Notes: generated from the letters alone by a model not told the origin. 64,000 bases of DNA from an uncultured Ruficoccus sp. (GCA_965140785.1 OZ223481.1:64001-128000), one strand, 5' to 3'; counted from the stretch's first letter, positions 11,558 through 20,983 are shown. Numbers and translations are program-made.

Positions 11558-12151
11558 GCAGGTCAAAGCACTCCAATCAGTTCTTTTGATGCCCCACGCA
11601 TAGAGCTGATTTCGCCTGACCTAGCTCGTTACGATCCAGCCGTGGGAGCTAGTAGTGCCCTTGCCTCGACGATTGATGGCCTGAACCAAAAGGCGCTGAG
11701 TGACATCAATCCAGGTATCAGCGTCAAGACAGTAGACGTATTTGAGCTCAGCCAAGAGCTACTCCAACAACCAGGTTGGACGCTTTTGATCAAGGCCGAC
11801 GAGAAAATTCGACTCAAATTAAATTAACCCAAATACACTACGAGGGCCGATAAGCAAACCTCGGAACAAGTAGTCGCAATGTATGCTGGGGTCAAATCTT
11901 GGGCTAAAAGGCGAAACAATTTAAGAATTATCGCCCGAAGGCACAAAGTCCGTCCCAATCAGACGCAAGAATGCGATGAGCATTCTTGCGTACGGATCCT
12001 AGTCCTCAAAAGACTAACAATATCATTTACCCTAAGCCGTTATGAGACCGATACCGTGCAAGTAAGCAGCAACCCTGCATGACAATTGCGAGCTAATACT
12101 CATCAAATAAAATATTGTATCAATCAATATCTATGGCTATCGAATGTCTTC

Positions 12152-14773
12152 ATGAGCAAGACACCTGTATACGTATTTTTGAGCTACTCCCATCACGACG
12201 AGGCACTGCTAGAATGCTTTAATACACAAATCGCCCCACTTACTCATGCCCTAGATCTAAAAATTTTCTATGACAGAAAAGTACATGCCGGAAAATTATT
12301 CTGGGAAGAAATAGACAAATCCATCGGCGAATCAGACATAATCATTTTATTCATTAGCGCCAACTACTTGGCATCTACATCTTGTAGAAAAGAGAAAGAC
12401 ACCGCCTACCAACTAAACAAAGACAATGGCACCATAGTCATACCTATAATATTATCAAAATGCGGATGGGCAGACGATCCAATACTAAAGAAAACATTAA
12501 ATATCCCTACTGACGGGAAACCAGTATTGGATTTCAACAACAAGGAGGATGCATGGCATGATGTTTATGGACACGTAAAACCATTAATGGAAACAGCCTC
12601 TTACGTTAACAATCTCAGACACACCGAACACACCTTACACTGGCTAGAAGATGTTGAGCTTTTAACTCAAAGCCATCCAAGGGTTGGGCAACTACGACTT
12701 CAAGATATCTATGTCGATCCTGAGCTAGAACTCTACGATGATCTAGGAGACTACACGAGCAGCGTGCAATCTGATACCATACTAGATAAAATAAAGTCAA
12801 GAAAGGGAGTAATAATATCTGGCGATGACCAATCTGGAAAAACTTGTTTATGTAAAAATATCTACAATCTATTCGCCAAGAATGGCTATATACCAGTTTA
12901 CGTAAATGACAAAATAAATAAATATAGTGGAAATATAAGCACATTAATATCAAACGCAATTAATGACCAATATATTGATGCCGACAAAGGCATAATTCCC
13001 AAGGAAAAAATTGTATTAATAATCGATGACTTTCACGCCTCAAAACACAGACAAAAAATCGTTGATCAGCTTGAAAACTTTCCACGTAAAATCTTAATAG
13101 TAGACGATATATTCACTATAAATCTACGGGAAGAACTACTCGTTGATGACTACATCCGCATGTCCATTAAGGAATATAAGCCATCATTACGTTATGAAAT
13201 AATACGCAAATGGGTGAACGTTACAGGCGATAAAAATCAATCCACACTGCAAGATATAGAGGCCTACAAAAGACTAGATGAAGGCTATCAATTTATTAAT
13301 GAAACCCTTGGAAGAATATTAGGCGACGGCATAGTTCCGTCATATCCATTCTTCATAATAACCATTCTCAGTGAACAAGATTCATTTGGCACAAAGACCA
13401 CAGAAGAAGTTTCATCTCAAGGGCATTGCTATCAAGCACTTATATACATACACCTAAGAAAGAATGGCGTAAGCAACGAAGACGTTGACTCACACATAAA
13501 CTTCCTAGCAGAATTTGCTTATTACCTCTTTAAAAATAAATTAGAATCTTTAGACAAAAGTGGGTTTGATGATTTTTTTGAAGATTATACAGATAAGTAC
13601 ATTCCGCCAGACAAGCCAGAAACGACACTAGATACACTTATACGTTCAAACATCATACGTTCTGATAGCTTTTCTCATTACTCATTTAGATATCCATATA
13701 TCTTCTACTATTTCATTGCTAAATACCTATCCGACCACATCACCGAACGCTTTGATACGATTACTACAATCGTAGACCATCTGCACGAAAATCAAAATGC
13801 TTACATATCCATATTTTTAGTTCATCATAGCAAAAAGCCTGAGTTGCTAAATTTATTAATGGATACAACAAAAAACCTTTTCACAGAATATAAACCAACT
13901 GGGCTATCTCGATCTGAAATCATGAGCCTTGACAGGGAATTATCGGATTTGGTCAACCAAAGACTTCCATCTCCAAACGAATCGGTAGATGAAAATAGAA
14001 GAAGGAAACTAGAAGCTGAAGATGAATTAGAAAATTCAATAAAGCAAAACCAACGTGACAATGAAGACTCCACTAATCAATATGCCGATGGCGACGACAC
14101 CAAGGATGACGCAGAAATATTGATAAAAGACCTAAGAAAAAGCATTAAAACAGTCGAAGTACTCGGTCGGATAATAAAGAACCGTCATGGATCTCTGAAA
14201 ATTGATATACTGGAACAAGTATTTCAAAATGCAATGGAAGTACACCTAAGAATTTTGACCTCTTACCTAAAAGTCATAGAGAGGAGTGAAGGATCCGATT
14301 CAATCATTTCTTTCCTAGTTGATAGGCTAAAGAATATCACAAATAAAGGCAATAAGCATTACACCGACACGCAGCTAAAGGATATGGCGAGAACAATATA
14401 TTGGAATTTTAATCTTATCCTTATACATGCGATATTTGTTAAAATAGTCCAGTCTCTAGGAGCAGATAAACTCAGAATGATTGTAGAGAACGTATGCCAA
14501 AGAGATCCAACACCTGCTAAATCAATCATTAAGCATGGCATCCTCATGTGGTATTCTAAATCCTTACAGATCGATGAAATTGAAAAAGATTTCATCAATC
14601 TTCCATTCTCGAAGGCAGCGAAAAGAGTAATGAGACTTTTCGTCATTAATTACTGCAGAATGCACTCCATTAATTTCAAGGACAGGCAGAGACTTGAGTC
14701 AAAGCTCGGGTTCTCTTCAAAGCGACTACTGAATGAATCTAACAGCATTAGGCCTGAGAACAAAAAATCCTAG
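12152..14773 (+). CDS. TIR domain + STAND/NACHT-like NTPase; putative anti-phage defence protein
   Basis: TIR 'VFLSYSHHD...ISANYLASTSCRKE'; Walker A 'SGDDQSGKT'; Walker B 'IVLIIDDF'; WHD-like 'YSFRYPYIFYYFIAKYL'. ATG at 12152 preferred to the TTG at 12086. Confidence 0.8.
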   Translation: MSKTPVYVFLSYSHHDEALLECFNTQIAPLTHALDLKIFYDRKVHAGKLFWEEIDKSIGESDIIILFISANYLASTSCRKEKDTAYQLNKDNGTIVIPIILSKCGWADDPILKKTLNIPTDGKPVLDFNNKEDAWHDVYGHVKPLMETASYVNNLRHTEHTLHWLEDVELLTQSHPRVGQLRLQDIYVDPELELYDDLGDYTSSVQSDTILDKIKSRKGVIISGDDQSGKTCLCKNIYNLFAKNGYIPVYVNDKINKYSGNISTLISNAINDQYIDADKGIIPKEKIVLIIDDFHASKHRQKIVDQLENFPRKILIVDDIFTINLREELLVDDYIRMSIKEYKPSLRYEIIRKWVNVTGDKNQSTLQDIEAYKRLDEGYQFINETLGRILGDGIVPSYPFFIITILSEQDSFGTKTTEEVSSQGHCYQALIYIHLRKNGVSNEDVDSHINFLAEFAYYLFKNKLESLDKSGFDDFFEDYTDKYIPPDKPETTLDTLIRSNIIRSDSFSHYSFRYPYIFYYFIAKYLSDHITERFDTITTIVDHLHENQNAYISIFLVHHSKKPELLNLLMDTTKNLFTEYKPTGLSRSEIMSLDRELSDLVNQRLPSPNESVDENRRRKLEAEDELENSIKQNQRDNEDSTNQYADGDDTKDDAEILIKDLRKSIKTVEVLGRIIKNRHGSLKIDILEQVFQNAMEVHLRILTSYLKVIERSEGSDSIISFLVDRLKNITNKGNKHYTDTQLKDMARTIYWNFNLILIHAIFVKIVQSLGADKLRMIVENVCQRDPTPAKSIIKHGILMWYSKSLQIDEIEKDFINLPFSKAAKRVMRLFVINYCRMHSINFKDRQRLESKLGFSSKRLLNESNSIRPENKKS

Positions 14774-14930
14774 TCTTATCAAAAACCTCTCGTGATCCTT
14801 GATTATAGAATATAAATTCCATAACCAGTTACATAACCCATTGGCCACCATCCACTTATTTTAAGCCTTTTTATTTTACGCCCAGCACTGATTATATTAT
14901 ACTAATATTATCATAAAAAATAATCAGTAG

Positions 14931-15530
14931 ATGGCCCTTGGTAAGCAATCAAAGACACTTTCGAGCAAGCAGATCGATGCGATAAGTACCTACCTGCGGA
15001 ACCGCAGAAATGGGATACGAAACAATGCAATCTTCCTTCTCTCGGCCAAAGCCGGACTCCGTGCCAAAGAGATAGCCAATTTAAGATGGTCAATGCTCGT
15101 AGACGCTGATGGCCGCCTAACCCATACCATCAGCCTCACCGATAGCGCAGCCAAAGGTAGCTCTGGACGGACTATCCCCATGAATAAGACCGTGTATGCT
15201 GCCCTAGATGAGCTACTCCACATCGAACAGCCGATAGATGGCTTCACGATACAGACTTCATACGTCGTACGGTCTGAACGTTCGGACAGAACAAGCCCGC
15301 AGGTCATCGTCAATATGTTCCAACGCTGGTATCGAGAGCTTGGCTTCATTGGCTGTTCCTCTCATTCTGGGAGACGAACCTTTATCACCAACGTTGCCCG
15401 AAAAATAAGCCTAGTTGGGGGCTCTATACGTGATGTACAGGCCATCGCTGGGCATAAGCACCTCCAAACCACCCAACGTTACATAGAATGCGACTCTGAG
15501 TCTCAAAGAAAGGTAGTAGACCTTGTCTGA
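14931..15530 (+). CDS. small tyrosine recombinase (catalytic domain only)
   Basis: 'AGLRAKEI' (R), 'HSGRR' (HxxR), 'AGH', 'TTQRY' (Y); 199 aa with no N-terminal arm- or core-binding domain. Confidence 0.88.
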   Translation: MALGKQSKTLSSKQIDAISTYLRNRRNGIRNNAIFLLSAKAGLRAKEIANLRWSMLVDADGRLTHTISLTDSAAKGSSGRTIPMNKTVYAALDELLHIEQPIDGFTIQTSYVVRSERSDRTSPQVIVNMFQRWYRELGFIGCSSHSGRRTFITNVARKISLVGGSIRDVQAIAGHKHLQTTQRYIECDSESQRKVVDLV

Positions 15531-17157
15531 AATACTCCACATCTACACTCGGGTCAGTACCCAAGCTCAAAAGGAAGACGGAACCTCTCTCGACTCGCAG
15601 AAAGAGCAAGGAATCAAAAAGGCAAAAGGGCTGGGGTTTGAATATCGTATTTGGAATGAAGGCGGGCGATCAAGTAGCCATGATGACTTGAGCAACCGGC
15701 CAATCCTAGCATCTCTTCTGGATCACGTTGAAGCCAAGGGAGTAAAGCACCTTTGGGTTTACAACACCGACAGGCTCTCACGGAACGAGAACACCTGGAG
15801 CATGATACGCCTAAGCTTGGTCAAGAACGCAGTCACTCTCTACACGAACTCCGGCCTCTACCAGCTATCAAATGAAAGCGATAAATTAACCCTCGGGTTC
15901 CTTTCGCTAATAAGTGCCTATGAAAATACACTTAGAACAGAAAGAACAAGAACAGGCAAAGTCCAGAGGATCAAAGAAGGCTACTGGATGGGCGGCCCCC
16001 CTCCATATGGGTACAAGCTCATAAGCAAGAAGCTAGAAATCGACCCAGATGAAGCTAAATGGGTGAGATTCATCTTCGAGCAGTTCAGCAAGGGGCAGAC
16101 CGTCAGATGGATACGAAATAAGCTTCTTGAAAACAAGGTGATGACACGGCGGAAAAAGCCTATCTGGAGCCTTGGGTCCATAGAAAAATTGCTAACCAAT
16201 ACGCATTACGGCGGAAGCTACACCTACAAAGACAATAGAGACGATAATGTACACACGAGCGTCTGCCCTAGCCTACTGCCTGCCACGCTGATTATTGAGG
16301 CACAGAAAGAGAAGAAGCGGCGGTCAAAATTCAGGGCAAAAGAAAGCAACCAGAAACATTTCTACCTCCTGCGAGGCTTACTTCGGTGCGATCATTGCGG
16401 GGCACACTTCTCCGCTAGACGGTACGCAGTCCAAAAGCGCTCTAGCTACTATTGCCCCAGAAAGGAAAGAAATTACGCCAATGCCCCAGAGCGATGCGAT
16501 AACAGTAGATACCTGAAAATCGAAGAAACCGATGCCCTCATCGTAAGCACAGTAAAGGAAGTCTTGGCCAACTCGGGCCTATTCAAGCAGGAGATACGAG
16601 ATCATTACCTACAGCAGAATCAAGAGCAGCTACCCAGCAAGGACGATAGACGAAAAATCAAAGCCCGGATTAGGACACTTACCAAAGACATCAATGATAT
16701 CCGGTCCAAAATAACCATACTGGAGGCAGATCATCTACTTGAGAAGACAAGCAACACTCGCCTCAGCTTCATGAAAGTCATATCCGAGATCCAACGCCGG
16801 ATGCTGGTTGCCCAAGCGGAAAAGGAAAAGCTCGAAGAGACTTTGTATAATTTTGACCACCAAGAGCAGTTAAGTGATTGGTTTACAAAATATTCAGAAA
16901 GACTCAATGAGTTGGATGACATGACCGAGAAAGAATGCCAAAACTTTCTTAAAGGCGTTATCGAGTATATTTCAGTGCGCACGATCGATAAGAGGACACA
17001 CCAACTTAAAATCAAATTCCACTTACCGTACGTTAACGGTTATTTAAATCCCAATCAGTCCAACGAAGCAAACAAAGGTCCAGAGGCATCAACTGTAAAA
17101 ACACTGACCGTTGAGACTAAAAAAAAGCCCACAAACAAAACGCTTCAGCCGAAATAA
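15523..17157 (+). CDS. large serine recombinase (integrase)
   Basis: 'IYTRVST' catalytic Ser, 'DRLSR', 'PPYGY' recombinase domain, Zn ribbon 'CDHCG...YYC...C', coiled coil; TTG start overlaps the upstream stop. Confidence 0.93.
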   Translation: MSEILHIYTRVSTQAQKEDGTSLDSQKEQGIKKAKGLGFEYRIWNEGGRSSSHDDLSNRPILASLLDHVEAKGVKHLWVYNTDRLSRNENTWSMIRLSLVKNAVTLYTNSGLYQLSNESDKLTLGFLSLISAYENTLRTERTRTGKVQRIKEGYWMGGPPPYGYKLISKKLEIDPDEAKWVRFIFEQFSKGQTVRWIRNKLLENKVMTRRKKPIWSLGSIEKLLTNTHYGGSYTYKDNRDDNVHTSVCPSLLPATLIIEAQKEKKRRSKFRAKESNQKHFYLLRGLLRCDHCGAHFSARRYAVQKRSSYYCPRKERNYANAPERCDNSRYLKIEETDALIVSTVKEVLANSGLFKQEIRDHYLQQNQEQLPSKDDRRKIKARIRTLTKDINDIRSKITILEADHLLEKTSNTRLSFMKVISEIQRRMLVAQAEKEKLEETLYNFDHQEQLSDWFTKYSERLNELDDMTEKECQNFLKGVIEYISVRTIDKRTHQLKIKFHLPYVNGYLNPNQSNEANKGPEASTVKTLTVETKKKPTNKTLQPK

Positions 17158-17159
17158 GC

Positions 17160-17196
17160 TGTTATAGGAAATCTATATTACCACGGTGGAGTAGAT
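17160..17196 (+). repeat. right attachment site (attP half-arm plus core repeat)
   Basis: TGTTATAGGAAATCTA-TATTACC-ACGGTGGAGTAGAT. Confidence 0.9.
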
Positions 17197-17670
17197 GTGA
17201 TATTTAAGAGTACTGTGGACGTACTCATTCCGGCCTTGGCGTTTGCTATCCCCGCCATCATCTTTTTTCTGTATCTGGCGTCGATCTACCAGTGCGCCCA
17301 ACATAGGCAGGGGTACTTGGCGGCGGGCATAGCTGGAGTTGTGCTCATTGGGGCGATCTACGGAACCTACAAGCTATCCTGGACCGCTGCCGAGCTGACG
17401 ACCAAAACCAAATTCATGGCGAATGCCCGACGCAACCTATACCTGGGCTTTTACCACCTTCAACAAGATATGGAGGCTGGGAAAACGGGACTGGCTCAGG
17501 CAAAAATCAACTACTTGGTGGCGAAATGGGATGGGGTACAATACTTTAACGAAGACGGCGGCAAGTCCCTGAATAAGCTGACTGAAGCTCTCATGAGCAC
17601 TCCTCCCAAGGAATTTATAAACCAAGCGACCGAGACTGAAATCCCTGAAAGTAAAGACAACACGCCGTAG
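17197..17670 (+). CDS. hypothetical membrane protein (neighbour of glmS before the insertion)
   Basis: GTG start immediately after the right att repeat; two hydrophobic helices. Confidence 0.55.
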   Translation: MIFKSTVDVLIPALAFAIPAIIFFLYLASIYQCAQHRQGYLAAGIAGVVLIGAIYGTYKLSWTAAELTTKTKFMANARRNLYLGFYHLQQDMEAGKTGLAQAKINYLVAKWDGVQYFNEDGGKSLNKLTEALMSTPPKEFINQATETEIPESKDNTP

Positions 17671-17693
17671 CCTTGCAGCACGCCCGGTGAAGC

Positions 17694-17728
17694 TTGACAA
17701 AACCACACACGTACAGCATCCTGTCCAC
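17694..17728 (+). promoter_or_regulatory. putative promoter of the yefM-yoeB operon (possibly leaderless)
   Basis: TTGACA (17694), 17 bp spacer, CATCCT (17717), 6 bp, ATG; overlapped by GTACAG..CTGTCC, which resembles a YefM operator. Confidence 0.5.
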
Positions 17729-17980
17729 ATGAGAGCCATCACGTACACGGCGGCGCGGGAGAATCTGGCTGCGACCATGCAGGATGTCTGTGACAGCCGG
17801 GATGCGGTCATCATTACCCGCAACCGCAATCAAGCCGTGGTTATGCTGGCGCAGGAGGAGTACGAGTCGCTGATCGAGACCGCGCACTTGGCCAGCTCTC
17901 CGGCCAACGCCCGCCGTCTGCTCGACTCCATCGCAGCTCTGCGCGGCGGGAAAGGCACCGCGCACGAACTCAGCGAGTAG
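17729..17980 (+). CDS. yefM: Phd/YefM antitoxin
   Basis: 'ITYTAARENLAATMQDV...IITR...EYESLIETAHL.SSPANARRL'. Confidence 0.92.
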   Translation: MRAITYTAARENLAATMQDVCDSRDAVIITRNRNQAVVMLAQEEYESLIETAHLASSPANARRLLDSIAALRGGKGTAHELSE

Positions 17981-17986
17981 CTCGCC

Positions 17987-18241
17987 ATGAGGATCGTTTT
18001 CTCCGAGCAGGCGTGGGAAGATTACCAGTACTGGGTCGCGACGGACAAAAAAGTCCTCAAGCGCGTCAACCTGCTCATCCGCGACTGCCTGCGGGAACCC
18101 TTCGGCGGGCTGGGCAAGCCCGAACCACTCAAGCACCAGTTCCAGGGCTTCTGGTCGCGGCGCATCACTGGGGAGCACCGGCTGGTGTACACGGTCGAAA
18201 ACGGGGATTTACTCATCGCGCAGGTTCGGTTTCACTACTAG
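17987..18241 (+). CDS. yoeB: Txe/YoeB toxin
   Basis: 'AWEDYQYW', 'GLGKPEPLK', 'WSRRITGEHRLVY', 'RFHY'. Confidence 0.95.
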   Translation: MRIVFSEQAWEDYQYWVATDKKVLKRVNLLIRDCLREPFGGLGKPEPLKHQFQGFWSRRITGEHRLVYTVENGDLLIAQVRFHY

Positions 18242-18256
18242 TCTCACAAACGCACG

Positions 18257-19768
18257 ATGAAATTTTACCCGACACAGGACGCATTTTGCCAACTGGCCGA
18301 GCAGGGCAACCTGATCCCCGTTTACGCGGAGGTGACAGCGGACTTCGAGACGCCCGTCTCGGCCTTTGCGCGGCTGCGCGAGCTCAAGCCCGCGTTTTTG
18401 TTCGAGTCGATCGTGGGCGGCGAGCACATCAGCCGCTACAGCATCCTCGGCGCCGCCCCGCGCAAGGTCATCACATCCTGGGCCGATAAAACCCTCGTCA
18501 CCCACGCCGACGGCACCCGCGAGGAGCTCCCCACCCCGGCCGACCCGCTCAAGCTGGTCGAGGCCGAGATGGCAGGCCTCAAACCGGTCCGTTTTCAGGA
18601 CGAACCGCCCTTCACCGGGGGGGCGGTGGGCTTCCTCGGGCACGAATATATTCACAGGATCGAACCGAGCGTCCCGCAGGCCGCCGAGGACACCCTGAAA
18701 ATGCCCCTCATGTGCTATGCCATCGTGGACACAGTGGTGATTTTCGACCGTGTGCGGCAGACCCTGCGCATCTGTTCGAACGCCCGCCTCGGCGACGGTG
18801 AAATCGACCCGAAAACGGCCTACAAAACCGCCACCGCCGCGATTGAGGAAACCTTTAAGCAATTGCACGCCGCCCGGGACCAGCTCGACCCGATTCCGCT
18901 GGGCGAGGTGGAGGAAATCACCGTCCCGCCCGGCAACTTCACCAAGGAAAAGTTCATGGCCGCCGTCGAACGGGCCAAGGAATACGTCCGCGCCGGAGAC
19001 ACCGTGCAAATCGTTGGCTCCCAGCGATTTGAAATCCCATACGAGGAGGACGGACTGGCGCTTTACCGCGCCCTGCGCATCGTCAACCCGTCCCCGTACA
19101 TGTTCATTTTCGAGACGGAGGATTTTTCCGTTATCGGGGCCTCGCCCGAGGTCCATGTGCGCAACACGGAGGGCCGGGTGGAGATCCGTCCCATCGCCGG
19201 GACGCGCCCCCGCGGCGCCACCGCCGCCGAGGACGCCGCGCTGGAAAAAGACCTCCTCGCCGACCCCAAGGAACGGGCCGAACATCTCATGCTGGTGGAC
19301 CTCGCCCGCAACGATATCGGACGGGTGTGTCAAATTGGCTCGGTTCGGGTGAAGGATTACGCTATTATTGAGCGTTATTCCCATGTTATGCACATCGTTT
19401 CCCAGGTCGAGGGCGAGCTGGCCGACGGCAGGACCGCCTACGACCTGATGCGGGCAACTTTTCCGGCCGGCACGCTCTCCGGTGCCCCCAAAATCCGCGC
19501 CATGCAGATCATTGCCGAGCTGGAGCAGCAGTGCCGGGGCATTTACGGCGGCGCGCTGGGATATTTCGGGTTCAACGGCAACCTGGACTCCTGCATCGCC
19601 ATCCGTACGGCGCTTTTAAAAGAAAAAACTTTATTTATTCAGTCAGGTGCGGGCCTCGTCGCCGACTCAGTTCCGGAACATGAGTATCAAGAAACTGTCA
19701 ATAAAGCGAAAGGAATGCTCAAGGCGGTTGCATTATCCAAGCAAATAGCTAAGATAACGCATGCTTAA
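18257..19768 (+). CDS. trpE: anthranilate synthase component I
   Basis: 'LFES', 'NPSPYM', 'PIAGTRPRG', 'EHLMLVDLARND', 'FPAGTLSGAPKIRAM'. Confidence 0.95.
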   Translation: MKFYPTQDAFCQLAEQGNLIPVYAEVTADFETPVSAFARLRELKPAFLFESIVGGEHISRYSILGAAPRKVITSWADKTLVTHADGTREELPTPADPLKLVEAEMAGLKPVRFQDEPPFTGGAVGFLGHEYIHRIEPSVPQAAEDTLKMPLMCYAIVDTVVIFDRVRQTLRICSNARLGDGEIDPKTAYKTATAAIEETFKQLHAARDQLDPIPLGEVEEITVPPGNFTKEKFMAAVERAKEYVRAGDTVQIVGSQRFEIPYEEDGLALYRALRIVNPSPYMFIFETEDFSVIGASPEVHVRNTEGRVEIRPIAGTRPRGATAAEDAALEKDLLADPKERAEHLMLVDLARNDIGRVCQIGSVRVKDYAIIERYSHVMHIVSQVEGELADGRTAYDLMRATFPAGTLSGAPKIRAMQIIAELEQQCRGIYGGALGYFGFNGNLDSCIAIRTALLKEKTLFIQSGAGLVADSVPEHEYQETVNKAKGMLKAVALSKQIAKITHA

Positions 19769-20918
19769 CAAGGTAATGCCCGCGCCACGATCTGAATCCG
19801 CTATGCCCACCCGTAAGGCAAACTCCAGGAAGTCGGCGACCCTCACAGCAGTTGAAGAGACCGCTGAGCCGTCGGCAAATCCCTCACATAAGCAGCCTGC
19901 GAATGAGCAGGTTAGTGTCCCGCGCGATGCGGACCAACCGTTGAATATTAACCGGCCGGACGTGAGTGTGCCCGAGCCGGAAACCCTCGCCGAACTGCCA
20001 CACTCTGAAAAGAGCGCCATCAAGCTCTACCTGGCAGAAATCGGCAAAACCGCCCTTCTCAAGCCCGAGGAGGAGGTAAAACTGGCCCGCCGCATCCGCA
20101 AAGGCGACCAGAAGGCCCGCCAGCACATGATTGAAGCCAATCTGCGCCTGGTGGTAAAAATCGCCCACGACTACGCCAACTTTGGCCTCCCGCTGCTCGA
20201 CCTGATCAGTGAAGGCAATATTGGCCTGGTCAAGGCCGTCGAACGCTTCGACCCGGATAAGGGCGGCAAGCTCTCGACCTACGCGGCCTGGTGGATCAAG
20301 CAGTCCATCAAGCGCGCCCTGGCCAACCAGAGCAAAACCATCCGCCTGCCCGTCCACCTCGTGGACAAAATCGCCCGCATGCGCAAGCTCACCACCGCGC
20401 TGCAGGAGCTGCTTGGCCGCGAGCCCACGAACGAGGAAATCGCCCTCGAAATGGGTATGCCGGTCAACAAGATCGCTCACCTCAAGACTGTCAGCGTGCG
20501 CCCGACTTCGCTCGACGCGCCCGTCGGCGAGGACGATGACACGGAGTTCGGCGACCTGGTCGGGGACGAAAACGCCCCCACGCCCTTCGACAACCTGAAG
20601 AGCAAGTCCATGCTCACCGACGTCAATGCCATGCTCGACGCCCTCGACGAACGCGAGGCGGACATCATCCGCATGCGCTTCGGCATCGGCGGCGACCGAC
20701 CGCAGACGCTCGAAGAGGTCGGCCAGCACTTCAACATCACCCGCGAACGCGTCCGCCAGCTCCAGAACATGGCGCTCCAGCGCATGCGCCGCGACATGGC
20801 CAAGAAGGAAAAGCAGCGCACTGCCGAGGAAGTCCATCAGGAAACCCTCCAGAAAAAGCGCATGCAGGTCCTCCACGAGTTCTTCCAGCAGAGCGCCCAG
20901 GACGAATCCCGCAACTAG
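19761..20918 (+). CDS. RNA polymerase sigma-70 factor (RpoD/RpoS-like; regions 1.2, 2, 3, 4); start uncertain
   Basis: 'YLAEIG', 'ANLRLVVKIA', 'DLISEGNIGL', 'STYAAWWIKQ', 'TRERVRQ'. Confidence 0.92.
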   Translation: MLNKVMPAPRSESAMPTRKANSRKSATLTAVEETAEPSANPSHKQPANEQVSVPRDADQPLNINRPDVSVPEPETLAELPHSEKSAIKLYLAEIGKTALLKPEEEVKLARRIRKGDQKARQHMIEANLRLVVKIAHDYANFGLPLLDLISEGNIGLVKAVERFDPDKGGKLSTYAAWWIKQSIKRALANQSKTIRLPVHLVDKIARMRKLTTALQELLGREPTNEEIALEMGMPVNKIAHLKTVSVRPTSLDAPVGEDDDTEFGDLVGDENAPTPFDNLKSKSMLTDVNAMLDALDEREADIIRMRFGIGGDRPQTLEEVGQHFNITRERVRQLQNMALQRMRRDMAKKEKQRTAEEVHQETLQKKRMQVLHEFFQQSAQDESRN

Positions 20919-20919
20919 C

Positions 20920-20983
20920 GCGGGTTGCACCCGCTGGCACTGAGGGGCTGCGCCCCTACGCAGCCAGAAAGGCTGCTACCCCG
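20920..20983 (+). repeat. three-hairpin GTAG-type REP, copy 1
   Basis: GCGGGTTGCACCCGC..TGAGGGGCTGCGCCCCTACGCAGCCAGAAAGGCTGCTACCCCG. Confidence 0.8.

Larger units (their letters stand above)
10251..11565 (+). mobile_element. IS3-family insertion sequence (IS407-group-like), 1315 bp
   Basis: TGACC...GGTCA ends, ~45-bp imperfect inverted repeats, 4-bp target duplication AAGC (10247-10250 and 11566-11569). Confidence 0.95.
9897..11827 (+). pseudogene. DUF4352-like membrane-anchored protein interrupted by an IS3-family element
   Basis: Removing the IS and one AAGC copy joins ...GYKNTTS to TPISSFDAP...DINPG...VFE...KLN* in frame (203 aa); polyK plus TM N-terminus. Confidence 0.8.

Noticed and set aside
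12086..12151. N-terminal extension of the TIR-STAND ORF from TTG 12086
   Set aside because: TIR similarity begins just after ATG 12152, which is the more plausible start.
17098..17160. Slippery A8G run and a 'KTLTVE' echo of glmS 'KSVTVE' at the integrase C-terminus
   Set aside because: Neither shifted frame reads into the duplicated TVE-stop (the +1 frame stops at 17165 and the -1 frame gives an unrelated tail), and the peptide similarity is too short to be meaningful.
17729..18241. yefM-yoeB as part of the glmS island
   Set aside because: It lies outside the right att site (17196) and has host-like GC.
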